Below are positions 1 to 8,993 of a stretch of DNA of 41,672 nucleotides, one piece after another. A model generated the notes under the pieces. That model saw nothing but the letters and a program-made list of their open reading frames with translations. It was not told where the DNA came from and ran no database searches. A program made the translations under genes and the position numbers. Each line of letters begins with the position of its first letter. Positions within the stretch are counted from its first letter, which is position 1. This DNA is from an uncultured Eubacteriales bacterium (GTDB lineage: Bacteria; Bacillota; Clostridia; Oscillospirales; Acutalibacteraceae), in assembly GCA_964370405.1 (NCBI GenBank), contig CAYJJB010000005.1:1-41672 (forward strand). The letters run 5' to 3'.

Positions 1-639
1 GTCAGGCCTTTTTAGATTGACTTCTTTATCAATTAAGAAGTACTCTTGCTCAGGACCTACTGTAGAGTTAACTCGTTTTGCACTTGTGTTGCCAAAAAGT
101 CTTAAAATTCTTAGAGCTTGTGTATTTACTGCTTCCATTGAGCGAAGTAGCGGAGTTTTTTTGTCAAGCGCTTCTCCTGAATAAGAACAGAATGCTGTTG
201 GAATGCAAAGTGTATTATCTTTTATAAAAGCATAAGAGGTGATATCCCAAACTGTATATCCTCTTGCTTCAAAAGTGCTTCTTATTCCACCATTTGGAAA
301 AGATGATGCATCAGGCTCGCCACGTACTAGCTCTTTGCCTGAAAACTCCATAATAATTTCGCCTGAAGCTACAGGAGAAATGAAGCTATCGTGTTTTTCA
401 GCAGTTATACCTGTCATAGGTTGGAACCAGTGTGTAAAGTGAGTTACACCTTTTTCTACTGCCCAATCCTTCATAGCTGTTGCCACCACGTTTGCAACAT
501 CTAAATCTAAAGCTTTTCCAAGCTCTATTGTTCTTTTTAATGCCTTATAAACGTCCTTTGGCAATCTGTTTCTCATTACTGTGTCGCTAAAAACCATGCT
601 ACCAAACATATTTGGCACATTATTACCATTATTACTCAT
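1..639 (-). CDS. glnN: Glutamine synthetase type III (GlnN), N-terminal 213 codons; the gene runs off the left edge of the window
   Basis: Absent from the ORF track because it has no stop in the window. My reverse-complement translation from the ATG at 639 is open to base 1: [45 protein letters not shown]...[22 protein letters not shown]...[27 protein letters not shown]...[13 protein letters not shown]. This matches the conserved N-terminal region of type III GS. GGAGG at 652-656 (minus) sits directly after the asnA stop codon. Confidence 0.85.
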   Translation of the reverse strand, partial: MSNNGNNVPNMFGSMVFSDTVMRNRLPKDVYKALKRTIELGKALDLDVANVVATAMKDWAVEKGVTHFTHWFQPMTGITAEKHDSFISPVASGEIIMEFSGKELVRGEPDASSFPNGGIRSTFEARGYTVWDITSYAFIKDNTLCIPTAFCSYSGEALDKKTPLLRSMEAVNTQALRILRLFGNTSAKRVNSTVGPEQEYFLIDKEVNLKRPD

Positions 640-656
640 ACTAAAAAAAGACCTCC

Positions 657-1661
657 TTATAATAACTCAATTCCAAGTTTTTCACACTCTGCTATAGTAT
701 CTTTGTCCCAAATAGATACTTGTACTTGACCTATATGGGCTTGCTTTAATAGAAGCATGCAAAGTCTTGATTGGCCTATACCGCCACCCATTGTAAATGG
801 AAGTTCCCCATTTAAAAGCATGCTATGGAACATTAAAGTTCTTCTGTCATCTGCCTGTGCTTTAGTAAGCTGTTCATCAAGCGATTTAGGGCTTACCCTA
901 ATTCCCATTGAAGAAACTTCAAACGCACAACCTAGCACATCATTCCAAAATAAAATATCTCCGTTTAGCGCCCAATCATCATAGTCAGGTGCTCTACCGT
1001 CGTGCTTTTCTCCAGATTTTAATATATCGCCTATTTGCATAACAAAAGCTGTTTTATGCTCTTTTAAGTAAGCGTTTTCACGCTCTTTTGGAGTAAGTGT
1101 TGGATACATTTCTTCAAGTTCATATGTAGTTACAAAACTAATTTCCTCTTTAAGTGAAGGTGTAAGACCAAATTCTTTACAAATTTGCCTTTCTGTTTCA
1201 CAAACAGCGCTTACAATTTTTGTAACAGTATCTTTTAAAGTATCTATACTTCTCATTTCTTCTGTGATAACTTTTTCCCAGTCCCATTGGTCAACGTATA
1301 TTGAATGAAGATTATCCATTTCCTCATCACGCCTTATAGCGTTCATGTCTGTATAAAGACCTTCGCCTACAGGGAAATGATATTTATAAAGTGCCAGTCT
1401 TTTCCACTTTGCTAAAGAGTGTACTACAACTGCATCAGTTTTCGTTTCTAAAATGTCAAATTTAACGGCTCTTTCTGTTCCGTTTAAGTCATCATTAATA
1501 CCTGTTGAAGAATCAACAAATAAAGGAGCTGAAACTCTTTTTAAGTTTAAATTATTACTAAGTTTATCCTCAAATATTTTTTTAATCTGTCCTATGGCAG
1601 TTTGCGTTTGATAGATAGACAATGTTTTTTCATAGTCATACACTTGCATCATTTTACTCAT
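657..1661 (-). CDS. asnA: Aspartate-ammonia ligase (asparagine synthetase A)
   Basis: 334-aa ORF. The N-terminus [49 protein letters not shown] and the class-II-aaRS-like core (...[14 protein letters not shown]...) are typical of AsnA. GGAGG lies upstream of the ATG. Confidence 0.9.
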   Translation of the reverse strand: MSKMMQVYDYEKTLSIYQTQTAIGQIKKIFEDKLSNNLNLKRVSAPLFVDSSTGINDDLNGTERAVKFDILETKTDAVVVHSLAKWKRLALYKYHFPVGEGLYTDMNAIRRDEEMDNLHSIYVDQWDWEKVITEEMRSIDTLKDTVTKIVSAVCETERQICKEFGLTPSLKEEISFVTTYELEEMYPTLTPKERENAYLKEHKTAFVMQIGDILKSGEKHDGRAPDYDDWALNGDILFWNDVLGCAFEVSSMGIRVSPKSLDEQLTKAQADDRRTLMFHSMLLNGELPFTMGGGIGQSRLCMLLLKQAHIGQVQVSIWDKDTIAECEKLGIELL

Positions 1662-1691
1662 TTTGTAAATAACCTCCTACTATTAATAATT

Positions 1692-1728
1692 AAAAAAGAC
1701 GTTGTGAACGGTTTCAGTCCACAACGCC
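1692..1728 (-). terminator. Intrinsic terminator inside the asnA 5' leader (attenuator)
   Basis: On the minus strand GGCGUUGUGGAC (1728-1717) pairs with GUUCACAACGUC (1709-1698). That is 12 bp including 2 G-U pairs, with the 7-nt loop UGAAACC, followed by UUUUUU (1697-1692). It lies between the predicted asnA promoter and the asnA RBS. Confidence 0.6.
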
Positions 1729-1736
1729 TTTGTTGT
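1721..1736 (-). promoter_or_regulatory. Candidate ANTAR-type antiterminator hairpin in the asnA leader
   Basis: Minus strand ACAAC-AAAGGC-GUUGU: a 5-bp stem and a hexaloop with A at position 1 and G at position 4. The loop 3' half and the 3' arm (GGCGUUGU) are the first 8 nt of the terminator 5' arm, so the two structures are mutually exclusive. Confidence 0.45.
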
Positions 1737-1746
1737 TATGTACTGC

Positions 1747-1775
1747 AGTATATCACAGCTTTAAAGCGTTGTCAA
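1747..1775 (-). promoter_or_regulatory. Sigma-A-type promoter for asnA-glnN
   Basis: Minus strand TTGACA (1775-1770), a 17-nt spacer, then TATACT (1752-1747) with an extended -10 TG (TGaTATACT). Confidence 0.6.
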
Positions 1776-1805
1776 GAATTATTTTTAATAAAATTTAATT
1801 TACTG

Positions 1806-1834
1806 TTGACAAGGCATGCTTTCTAAGATAAAAT
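1806..1834 (+). promoter_or_regulatory. Sigma-A-type promoter for glnA-ANTAR-pyrG
   Basis: TTGACA (1806-1811), the 17-nt spacer aggcatgctttctaaga, then TAAAAT (1829-1834). It is back-to-back with the asnA promoter. Confidence 0.6.
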
Positions 1835-1859
1835 ATATGCAGTAATAAAATTAAATTAA

Positions 1860-1877
1860 ATGGACAATGGTGTTCAT
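1860..1877 (+). promoter_or_regulatory. Candidate ANTAR-type antiterminator hairpin in the glnA leader
   Basis: AUGGAC-AAUGGU-GUUCAU: a 6-bp stem (one G-U pair) and a hexaloop with A1 and G4. The 3' arm GUUCAU (1872-1877) is the start of the downstream terminator 5' arm. Confidence 0.45.
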
Positions 1878-1930
1878 CAAGTGTAGCCTGTGTACTAATT
1901 CGGGTTTCTTCGTGCTTGATGGACTTTTTT
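1872..1930 (+). terminator. Terminator-like structure in the glnA 5' leader
   Basis: GUUCAUCAAG (1872-1881) pairs with CUUGAUGGAC (1915-1924). The stem encloses an imperfect inner helix (AGCCUG 1885-1890 with CGGGUU 1901-1906) and is followed by UUUUUUAUUUUU. It ends about 15 nt before the glnA RBS AGGAGG. Confidence 0.55.
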
Positions 1931-1950
1931 ATTTTTATAGGAGGTAAATT

Positions 1951-3264
1951 GTGTTAAATAAAAAAATAGTTGAATATATTGAGGAAAATGATGTTAAATT
2001 TGTAAGACTTGGTTTTTGCGATCCTTTCGGAAATTATAAAAATATTTCTATAATGGCAGAGGAAATTGATAGAGCGTTTAAAGAAGGTATATCTTTTGAT
2101 GCAAGTGCAGTAGAAGGCTTTTCAGATATTAATGAATCTGACTTGTTGCTATTTCCGCAAGCAGACACAGTGTCACTTTTGCCATGGCGCCCATACACAA
2201 ACTCTGTTTTAAGATTACAGTGCAACATAAAACACACTGATAAAACACAGTTTTTAAGCGATGGAAGATATATGCTGCAAACAGCGATGAATGAACTTTC
2301 TAATATGGGCTTTAGCTCTAAGATGGGATCTGAGTGTGAATTTTACTTATTTAAAACAGATGAAGATGAAGAACCCTTGTTGAAAACAATAGATAATGGA
2401 GGCTATTTAGATATTGCACCAAAAGACAAGGGTGAAAATATAAGACGTGAAATTTGTTTGTGTCTTGATGAAATGGGACTAAAACCTGAGCGCTCTCACC
2501 ATGAGCAAGGACCTGGGCAAAACGAAATTGATTTTAAATTTAGTGATCCTTTGTCGACAGCTGATAATTTTCTAACTTTTAAATCAGTAGTAAAATCAAT
2601 TGCGTCAAGAAATGGATATTTTGCCTCTTTCATGCCAAAACCGTTTCTTAATAAACCTGGCAGTGGAATGCATATAAATATGTCACTTTATAAAAATGGT
2701 AAAAACTTATCTGAGGACCATAATGGAAAAGATTTTAAATATGTGAATAATTTTATTGCAGGCATACTTGAAAAAATTCCTGAAATAACTTTGTTTTTAA
2801 ATCCCACCAATAATTCATACGAAAGATTTGGAAAATTTGAGGCGCCAAAATATATTTCATGGTCGCATAAAAATCGTTCTCAGCTTATAAGAATACCTAC
2901 AAGCGAGGGCAACAGGGCACGTTTTGAATTGCGCTCACCTGATTCTACGCTTAATCCATATATAGCATTTTCACTACTAATTTATGCAGGAATATATGGA
3001 ATAAAAAATGATTTACAACTACCAAAATCTATAGATGAAAACTTATATACAGCACCTGATAGTGTAACAGAAAAATTAAATGAATTGCCAAAAGATTTGT
3101 CTGCGGCAGTAGAGCTTGCCCAAAGTAGCGAGTTTGTTAAAAAATATATAAATGAAGAGCTTTTAAATAAATATATAGATATAAAGAAAAAAGAATGTGC
3201 AGAATATAAAAATGCAAAAGATAAAGAAATTTATTATATAAATAGATACTTTACAAGCTTATAA
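1951..3264 (+). CDS. glnA: Glutamine synthetase type I
   Basis: GTG start with AGGAGG at 1939-1944; 437 aa. GS motifs seen: ISFDASAVEGFSD, ERSHHEQGPGQNEIDFKF, KPGSGMHINMSLY, KNRSQLIRIPTS. Confidence 0.9.
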   Translation: MLNKKIVEYIEENDVKFVRLGFCDPFGNYKNISIMAEEIDRAFKEGISFDASAVEGFSDINESDLLLFPQADTVSLLPWRPYTNSVLRLQCNIKHTDKTQFLSDGRYMLQTAMNELSNMGFSSKMGSECEFYLFKTDEDEEPLLKTIDNGGYLDIAPKDKGENIRREICLCLDEMGLKPERSHHEQGPGQNEIDFKFSDPLSTADNFLTFKSVVKSIASRNGYFASFMPKPFLNKPGSGMHINMSLYKNGKNLSEDHNGKDFKYVNNFIAGILEKIPEITLFLNPTNNSYERFGKFEAPKYISWSHKNRSQLIRIPTSEGNRARFELRSPDSTLNPYIAFSLLIYAGIYGIKNDLQLPKSIDENLYTAPDSVTEKLNELPKDLSAAVELAQSSEFVKKYINEELLNKYIDIKKKECAEYKNAKDKEIYYINRYFTSL

Positions 3265-3281
3265 AGAAAGGTGGTAATTTT

Positions 3282-3851
3282 TTGGAGAGTGCTTTAATTA
3301 TTTCTCATTCAGAAAAAGGAATAGATGTAATAGAAAAAATATTAAAATTAATGTCTTGTAAAAAAATTGCCACGGTAAAAAGCGCTTCAGAGGCACGTCG
3401 GGCAGTTTCAGTTAAAGAGTTTGACTTGTTTATAATAAACAGTCCAATTAATAGTGATGTAGGTGAAGGGCTTGCAAAAGAACTTGTGTCCTTAGATGTT
3501 TCTCAGGTTATAATTATAGTAAAAAATGATTCATATGACTATGTGTCAAGTTTGGTGGAAGATTTTGGTGTAATAACTTTGTCAAAGCCAATAAATAAAA
3601 GTCAATTATGGGTGGCGCTTAAGCTTGCAAAGGCAAGTCACCAAAGACTTAAAAAAATGAAAAAAATGAATGTTAAGCTCACACAGAAAATTGATGATAT
3701 TAAAATTGTGGATAGGGCAAAGCGTGTTCTTATAACACATCTTAATATGAGCGAAGAAAAGGCACACAAATTTATAGAGAAAAAAGCAATGGATACCAGA
3801 ATGTCAAGGAGAGAAATTGCAGAAAATATACTTAAAACATATGAAAGTTAG
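3282..3851 (+). CDS. ANTAR-domain antiterminator with an N-terminal receiver-like domain (NitR/AmiR-like)
   Basis: TTG start with AAGGTGG at 3268-3274; 189 aa. The C-terminus [45 protein letters not shown] is an ANTAR signature. The N-terminal roughly 120 aa has a CheY-like pattern but lacks the usual acidic residues. Confidence 0.85.
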   Translation: MESALIISHSEKGIDVIEKILKLMSCKKIATVKSASEARRAVSVKEFDLFIINSPINSDVGEGLAKELVSLDVSQVIIIVKNDSYDYVSSLVEDFGVITLSKPINKSQLWVALKLAKASHQRLKKMKKMNVKLTQKIDDIKIVDRAKRVLITHLNMSEEKAHKFIEKKAMDTRMSRREIAENILKTYES

Positions 3852-3864
3852 GAAGGTTTTACCA

Positions 3865-5475
3865 ATGACAAAATATATATTTATTACAGGTGGAGTTGTG
3901 TCGGGTCTTGGAAAAGGAATTACAGCAGCTGGACTTGGAAGACTTTTAAAAGAAAGGGGATACAAGGTATCAGCACAAAAGCTGGACCCTTACATAAACG
4001 TTGACCCCGGAACTATGTCGCCACTTCAACATGGTGAGGTATTTGTAACAGAAGATGGTGTTGAAACAGACTTAGACCTTGGCCACTATGAAAGATTTAT
4101 TGATGAAAATCTACATAAATACTCAAATCTAACATCAGGTAAAGTTTATTTTAATGTAATTAATCGTGAGAGAAGAGGCGGGTATTTAGGACAAACTGTG
4201 CAAGTTATTCCACATATAACAAATGAAATTAAAGAATTTATTTATAGTGGTGCAAAAGAGAGCGGTGCCGATATTTTGCTTACCGAAATAGGCGGAACAA
4301 TAGGTGATATTGAAAGTCAACCGTTTTTAGAAGCAATACGACAAATATCGCTTGAAAAAGGACATGGCAATTGTTTATTTATACATGTTGCGCTAATTCC
4401 ATACTTAAAGGGGTCTAATGAGCATAAGTCAAAGCCTGCTCAACACTCTGTTAAAGAGCTTAGAGGGATAGGCATATCACCTAATATAATAATTGCAAGG
4501 TCGGACGAGCCTATAAGCGACTCTATAAAAGATAAAATAAGCCTTTTTTGCAATGTGAAAAAAGACTGTGTTGTAGAAAATATTACACTTCCACATCTTT
4601 ATGAAGCGCCATTAATGCTACATGAAAATGGGCTTGATAAAGTTGTTTGCAGAGAACTAGGACTTGAATCTGAAGAACCAAATTTAAGTAAGTGGCGCCA
4701 AATGGTAGACACTATGAAAAATATAAAAAACTGTGTAAGCATTGCCGTTGTTGGAAAGTATATTGAGCTTCAAGATGCATATATTTCTATAATTGAAAGC
4801 TTAAATCATGCAGGAATATATAATAATACAAAAGTAAAAATTAAATGGGTAGACTCTGAACTTTTAGAAAATAATGACGTAGAAAGTCAGCTTTCAGGCG
4901 TTCAAGGAATATTAATTCCAGGTGGTTTTGGCGACCGAGGAATAGAGGGCAAGGTGCTTGCATGTAAATATGCAAGGGAAAATAACATTCCATTTTTTGG
5001 TATTTGCCTTGGTATGCAAATTGCCATAATGGAATTTGCAAGAAATGTTTGCGGACTGACAGACGCCACATCTCAAGAATTTAATATTGATGCAAAGCAT
5101 CAAGTAATCCATATTATGGAACACCAAAAAAATATAGTAAAAAAAGGTGGAACCATGCGCCTTGGTGCTTATCCATGCAAAATAGATGAAAGCACAAAAC
5201 TATTTGAGCTTTACGGTGAAAAACAAATTGATGAAAGACATAGACATAGATATGAAGTCAATAATGACTATAGAGAAACACTTACTAAAAATGGCATTAC
5301 AATTAGCGGAACTTCACCTGATGGACTACTTGTTGAGTGCATTGAAATTAAGGAAAATGATTTCTTTGTAGCGGTGCAGTTTCACCCTGAATTTAAAAGC
5401 AGACCCACAAAAGCCCATCCAATATTTTTAGGATTTGTGGAAAGCGCAGTGAAAAAAGCAAGTGAAAATAAATAA
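3865..5475 (+). CDS. pyrG: CTP synthase
   Basis: The track ORF starts at 3817. I prefer the ATG at 3865 (AGGAAGG at 3850-3856), which gives the canonical N-terminus [28 protein letters not shown]. The glutamine amidotransferase part has FFGICLGMQ and HRHRYE. Confidence 0.95.
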   Translation: MTKYIFITGGVVSGLGKGITAAGLGRLLKERGYKVSAQKLDPYINVDPGTMSPLQHGEVFVTEDGVETDLDLGHYERFIDENLHKYSNLTSGKVYFNVINRERRGGYLGQTVQVIPHITNEIKEFIYSGAKESGADILLTEIGGTIGDIESQPFLEAIRQISLEKGHGNCLFIHVALIPYLKGSNEHKSKPAQHSVKELRGIGISPNIIIARSDEPISDSIKDKISLFCNVKKDCVVENITLPHLYEAPLMLHENGLDKVVCRELGLESEEPNLSKWRQMVDTMKNIKNCVSIAVVGKYIELQDAYISIIESLNHAGIYNNTKVKIKWVDSELLENNDVESQLSGVQGILIPGGFGDRGIEGKVLACKYARENNIPFFGICLGMQIAIMEFARNVCGLTDATSQEFNIDAKHQVIHIMEHQKNIVKKGGTMRLGAYPCKIDESTKLFELYGEKQIDERHRHRYEVNNDYRETLTKNGITISGTSPDGLLVECIEIKENDFFVAVQFHPEFKSRPTKAHPIFLGFVESAVKKASENK

Positions 5476-5511
5476 AAAAATGCTATGACACAAGTTGTCA
5501 TAGCATTTTTT
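5475..5511. terminator. Bidirectional intrinsic terminator between pyrG (+) and pcp (-)
   Basis: AAAAAATGCTATGACA-caagt-TGTCATAGCATTTTTT: an 11-bp perfect stem flanked by an A-run and a T-run. Confidence 0.75.
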
Positions 5512-5512
5512 A

Positions 5513-6154
5513 TTAGTGGGTAGTTCCCATTGCAGTTTTGTCTTCTTCGCCATTTACAGCGCAAAGCACTGCGTGGTGTAGCGCCTTTGCCATTACTTCA
5601 ACCGACATTGCAGGTAGACTTGCACCCTTATTTGCAACTTGTTCAAATGCATAAGGTATATGAATAAAACCTGCTTTTATATTTTTGTATTTTGTGTTGC
5701 ACATATGTAATACACTGTACATTACATCATTGCACACATAACTTCCAGCTGTATAAGAAAGTGCGCATGGCACACCGCATTCTCGTACTGCGTTTACCAT
5801 TGCTTTTACAGGAAGAGTTGCAAAATATGCGTTTTCACCATGTTCTTCAATTTTTTCATCTACTGGCATATTTCCGTCGTTGTCAGGAATAGATGCCTCA
5901 CGCAGGTTTATTGCGACTCTTTCTATTGTAATTTGCGCCCTGCCGCCTGCCTGACCTATAGATAAAATTATGTCGGGTTTGTACGATTTTATGCACTGTT
6001 CAATAACTTCTGCAGCTACACCAAACATCACGGGTAAATGCAATTTTTCTATCTGCGCACCGCCTATTTCATCGCTTAGTAAATCCACTGCAAGTGATGA
6101 TGGGTTGATTTTTTCGCCACCAAAGGGCTCAAAGCAGGTTATAAGTACTTTCAT
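5513..6154 (-). CDS. pcp: Pyrrolidone-carboxylate (pyroglutamyl) peptidase I
   Basis: 213 aa starting MKVLITCFEPFGGEKINPS. Catalytic-region strings seen: GQAGGRAQITIERVAIN, AGSYVCND, GFIHIP. Confidence 0.9.
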   Translation of the reverse strand: MKVLITCFEPFGGEKINPSSLAVDLLSDEIGGAQIEKLHLPVMFGVAAEVIEQCIKSYKPDIILSIGQAGGRAQITIERVAINLREASIPDNDGNMPVDEKIEEHGENAYFATLPVKAMVNAVRECGVPCALSYTAGSYVCNDVMYSVLHMCNTKYKNIKAGFIHIPYAFEQVANKGASLPAMSVEVMAKALHHAVLCAVNGEEDKTAMGTTH

Positions 6155-6164
6155 ATATGCGACC

Positions 6165-6929
6165 TCACTTTATATTAAATAGTTTGGTAATATTGTTTTT
6201 TGAAATCTTCAAAACTTCCTCTTCGCTTATTCCTTTAATCCTTGCAATCTCTCTTGCTATAAAGCTTATAAGTGAGGAGTCGTTTCTTTTTCCTCTAAAA
6301 GGCACGGGGGATAGGTATGGGCAGTCAGTTTCAAGTAACAGTTTATCCATTGGAATTTCTTTTACAACTTCCACAATGTTTTTTGCGTTTTTAAAGGTTA
6401 CTACTCCGCCTACTCCTAAGTGATATCCTAATTTTATTAGCTGTTTTGCCATTTCCACGCTGCCTGAGTAGCAGTGCATTACACCGCTTAGTTTATAAGC
6501 TTTTAAAATTTCCATCATGTCGCCATGCGCATCTCTGTCGTGTAAAATAACAGGCAAATTTAAGTCCCTTGCAAGGTTTAACTGCTCATGAAAAACTCTT
6601 TTTTGCGTGTCCTTATCACAGTATGCTATATGATAATAATCAAGCCCAATTTCGCCCACGGCAAGCATTTTTTTATGTGTTAGTGCAGTTTTTATTGTGT
6701 CTAAATAATTTTCGGGCAAGTTTTGGGCACAGCTAGGGTGTATGCCTGCTGCGCCATAAATAAACTCGTATTTATCGCATAAATTAACGATTTTTTCAAT
6801 TGTGTCATATTCTGAACTTACATTCATTATGCCACATACATTTTTGTCTGGTAAAATTTTTGATAAAAGCTCTTCTCTGTCGGCATCAAAGGCTTCATCG
6901 TCATAATGTGCGTGTGAATCAAAAATCAT
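6165..6929 (-). CDS. tatD: TatD-family metal-dependent hydrolase/DNase
   Basis: 254 aa with MIFDSHAHYDDEAF, VMHCYSGS and LLETDCPYLSP. Its start overlaps the metG stop by 4 nt (6926-6929). Confidence 0.9.
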   Translation of the reverse strand: MIFDSHAHYDDEAFDADREELLSKILPDKNVCGIMNVSSEYDTIEKIVNLCDKYEFIYGAAGIHPSCAQNLPENYLDTIKTALTHKKMLAVGEIGLDYYHIAYCDKDTQKRVFHEQLNLARDLNLPVILHDRDAHGDMMEILKAYKLSGVMHCYSGSVEMAKQLIKLGYHLGVGGVVTFKNAKNIVEVVKEIPMDKLLLETDCPYLSPVPFRGKRNDSSLISFIAREIARIKGISEEEVLKISKNNITKLFNIK

Positions 6930-8866
6930 CTCAGTCTAGCTCCTGCTGGTACTCCGTCTACAAAAATGAGTTTTACTTCATCTTCACTTATATCAGCCGA
7001 AAGTAACATGCCGTGGCTTTCAACTTTGCAAAGTGTCACAGGGTGTAAATTTTCCACAAATAAAATATGTTTGCCTTTTACATCTTCTGGCTTGTACCAC
7101 CGTGCTATGCCTGATACTATAGTTCTCAGCTTGTCGCCGTCATTTATTGTAAATTTAAGCAGTTTTTTTGCTCTTTTAACGTTTTCGCAGTCCACAACTT
7201 CGCCGACTCTAATGTCTACTTTAAAAAATTCGTCGATAGAAATTCTTTCTATGCCCTCAATTTTCTTTACAGGTTCGTTTGTGACATATTTTTCCATAAG
7301 AGTAGTAATTTTCTCTTCCATTTCTTTTTGATCAATTCTTGCAAATAAAATTTCAGGTTTATCTGTCACTTTATCGCCACTTTTATAAAGTCCAAAAGTT
7401 TTGCAGTCTTCTAAACTTCTTTTTTCTGTATTAATTTGAGAGAAAATGCTCTCTGCTGTTTGTGGCAAATATGGGTATAGAAGTGTTGTAGCAATAGAAA
7501 TGCCTTCAACCAAATTATAAAGTACGGTTTGAAGCCTTGCATGGTCTTTCTCATCTTTTGCAAGTATCCAAGGAGTGGTTTCATCTATATATTTATTAAG
7601 TCTTCTAAATACGCTTATAACTTCATCAACTGCATCGGCAATTTTTAGCTTGTCCATCTTATCGCAGATTTTATCAAGTGCTGATGTAACAAAGGCTTTT
7701 AAATCTGCGTCTACATCTTCTACACAGTTTGTGTCTGTTACAACACCTTCAAAATATTTATTACACATTGAAATTGTGCGGTTTACAAGATTTCCTAGGG
7801 TGTTTGCAAGGTCAGAGTTTGTGCGCTCTGTCATTAAGTCCCAAGTAATAGTACCGTCGTTGTCAAAAGGAATTTCGTGTAGTACGAAATATCTTGTTGC
7901 ATCAACGCCGTAAAGCTCGCATAAATCATCTGCATAAATTGTGTTGCCTTTTGATTTGCTCATTTTTCCACCGTCTTGTAAAAGCCAAGGGTGACCAAAA
8001 ATTTGTTTTGGTAAAGGCAAATCTAAAGCCATTAAGAAAATTGGCCAGTAAAGTGTGTGAAAGCGCACTATGTCTTTGCCAATTACATGTAAATCTGCAG
8101 GCCAAAGCGCGTTAAATTGTTCTGTTGAATTTCCGTCACAGTCATAGCCTATGCCAGTGATATAGTTTGTAAGTGCATCAAGCCACACGTAAACCACGTG
8201 TTTTGGGTCAAAGTCCACACCAACGCCCCAGCTAAATGAAGTTCTTGAAACGCAAAGGTCTTGAAGACCCGGTAAAAGGAAGTTATTCATCATTTCATTT
8301 TTTCTCGATACAGGCAAAATGAAATCTGGGTTATCGTTCATGTGTTTTATAAGCCTGTCTGCATATTTGCTCATTTTAAAGAAATATGCTTCTTCTTTTG
8401 CAGGGCTTACTTCTCTGCCACAGTCAGGACATTTGCCGTCTTTTAACTGGCTTTCAGTAAAGAAAGACTCGCAAGGTCCACAGTAAAGACCCTCGTAGTG
8501 ACCTTTATAAATATCGCCCTTGTCGTAAAGTTTTTTAAATATTTTTTGCACTTGTTCTTTGTGATATATATCTGTTGTTCTTATGAATTTATCATAAGAA
8601 GTGTTTACGACATCGAAGTTATCTTTGATTATCCCTGCGATTTTATCGACAAATTCTTGAGGCTCTACACCGTTTTCTTTGGCTTTTTCTTCATTTTTTT
8701 GTCCGTGCTCGTCAGTTCCTGTTTGGAAAAACACGTTGTAGCCCTGCGCTCTTTTAAATCTTGCGATACAGTCTGTTAAAATAATTTCATACACATTTCC
8801 GATATGTGGTTTACCGCTTGTGTATGCTATTGCTGTTGTTATATAGTAATTTTTATTGTTCATCAA
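6926..8866 (-). CDS. metG: Methionine--tRNA ligase with a C-terminal tRNA-binding domain
   Basis: 646 aa. It has the class I motifs KPHIGNVY (HIGH type) and GGKMSKSKGN (KMSKS), a Zn knuckle CGPCESF...CPDCG, and a C-terminal FFKVDIRVGEVVDCENV tRNA-binding domain. Confidence 0.95.
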   Translation of the reverse strand: MMNNKNYYITTAIAYTSGKPHIGNVYEIILTDCIARFKRAQGYNVFFQTGTDEHGQKNEEKAKENGVEPQEFVDKIAGIIKDNFDVVNTSYDKFIRTTDIYHKEQVQKIFKKLYDKGDIYKGHYEGLYCGPCESFFTESQLKDGKCPDCGREVSPAKEEAYFFKMSKYADRLIKHMNDNPDFILPVSRKNEMMNNFLLPGLQDLCVSRTSFSWGVGVDFDPKHVVYVWLDALTNYITGIGYDCDGNSTEQFNALWPADLHVIGKDIVRFHTLYWPIFLMALDLPLPKQIFGHPWLLQDGGKMSKSKGNTIYADDLCELYGVDATRYFVLHEIPFDNDGTITWDLMTERTNSDLANTLGNLVNRTISMCNKYFEGVVTDTNCVEDVDADLKAFVTSALDKICDKMDKLKIADAVDEVISVFRRLNKYIDETTPWILAKDEKDHARLQTVLYNLVEGISIATTLLYPYLPQTAESIFSQINTEKRSLEDCKTFGLYKSGDKVTDKPEILFARIDQKEMEEKITTLMEKYVTNEPVKKIEGIERISIDEFFKVDIRVGEVVDCENVKRAKKLLKFTINDGDKLRTIVSGIARWYKPEDVKGKHILFVENLHPVTLCKVESHGMLLSADISEDEVKLIFVDGVPAGARLR

Positions 8867-8888
8867 AGTTTACGTCCTCTCAAATTTT

Positions 8889-8993
8889 TTAAAGTATAGC
8901 TGGTAAAATGGCAGAAAATACGGATAAAAGCATAAGTCCTGCAAGTATTATTGCACCAACACGTATAACCATTTTCCTCTTTTTATCGTTCAC
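8889..8993 (-). CDS. Possible 34-aa small membrane protein, first cistron of the metG operon
   Basis: Below the track cutoff. GTG at 8993 is preceded by AAGGTGG with a 5-nt spacer. It reads (M)NDKKRKMVIRVGAIILAGLMLLSVFSAILPAIL*, a basic N-terminus followed by one hydrophobic helix. It ends 22 nt before the metG start and lies downstream of the predicted promoter at 9027-9055. Confidence 0.35.
   Translation of the reverse strand: MNDKKRKMVIRVGAIILAGLMLLSVFSAILPAIL

Noticed and set aside
239-442. 67-aa plus-strand track ORF at the left edge
   Set aside because: It lies antisense inside the clearly recognisable type III glutamine synthetase reading frame (1-639, minus). It has no RBS and no recognisable motif.
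1760-1770. 10-bp perfect palindrome GCTTTAAAGC in the spacer of the asnA promoter, as a repressor operator, and a search for a TnrA/GlnR box (TGTNAN7TNACA) in 1662-1950
   Set aside because: The palindrome is short and AT-rich with no second copy. No sequence in the control region fits the TnrA/GlnR consensus.
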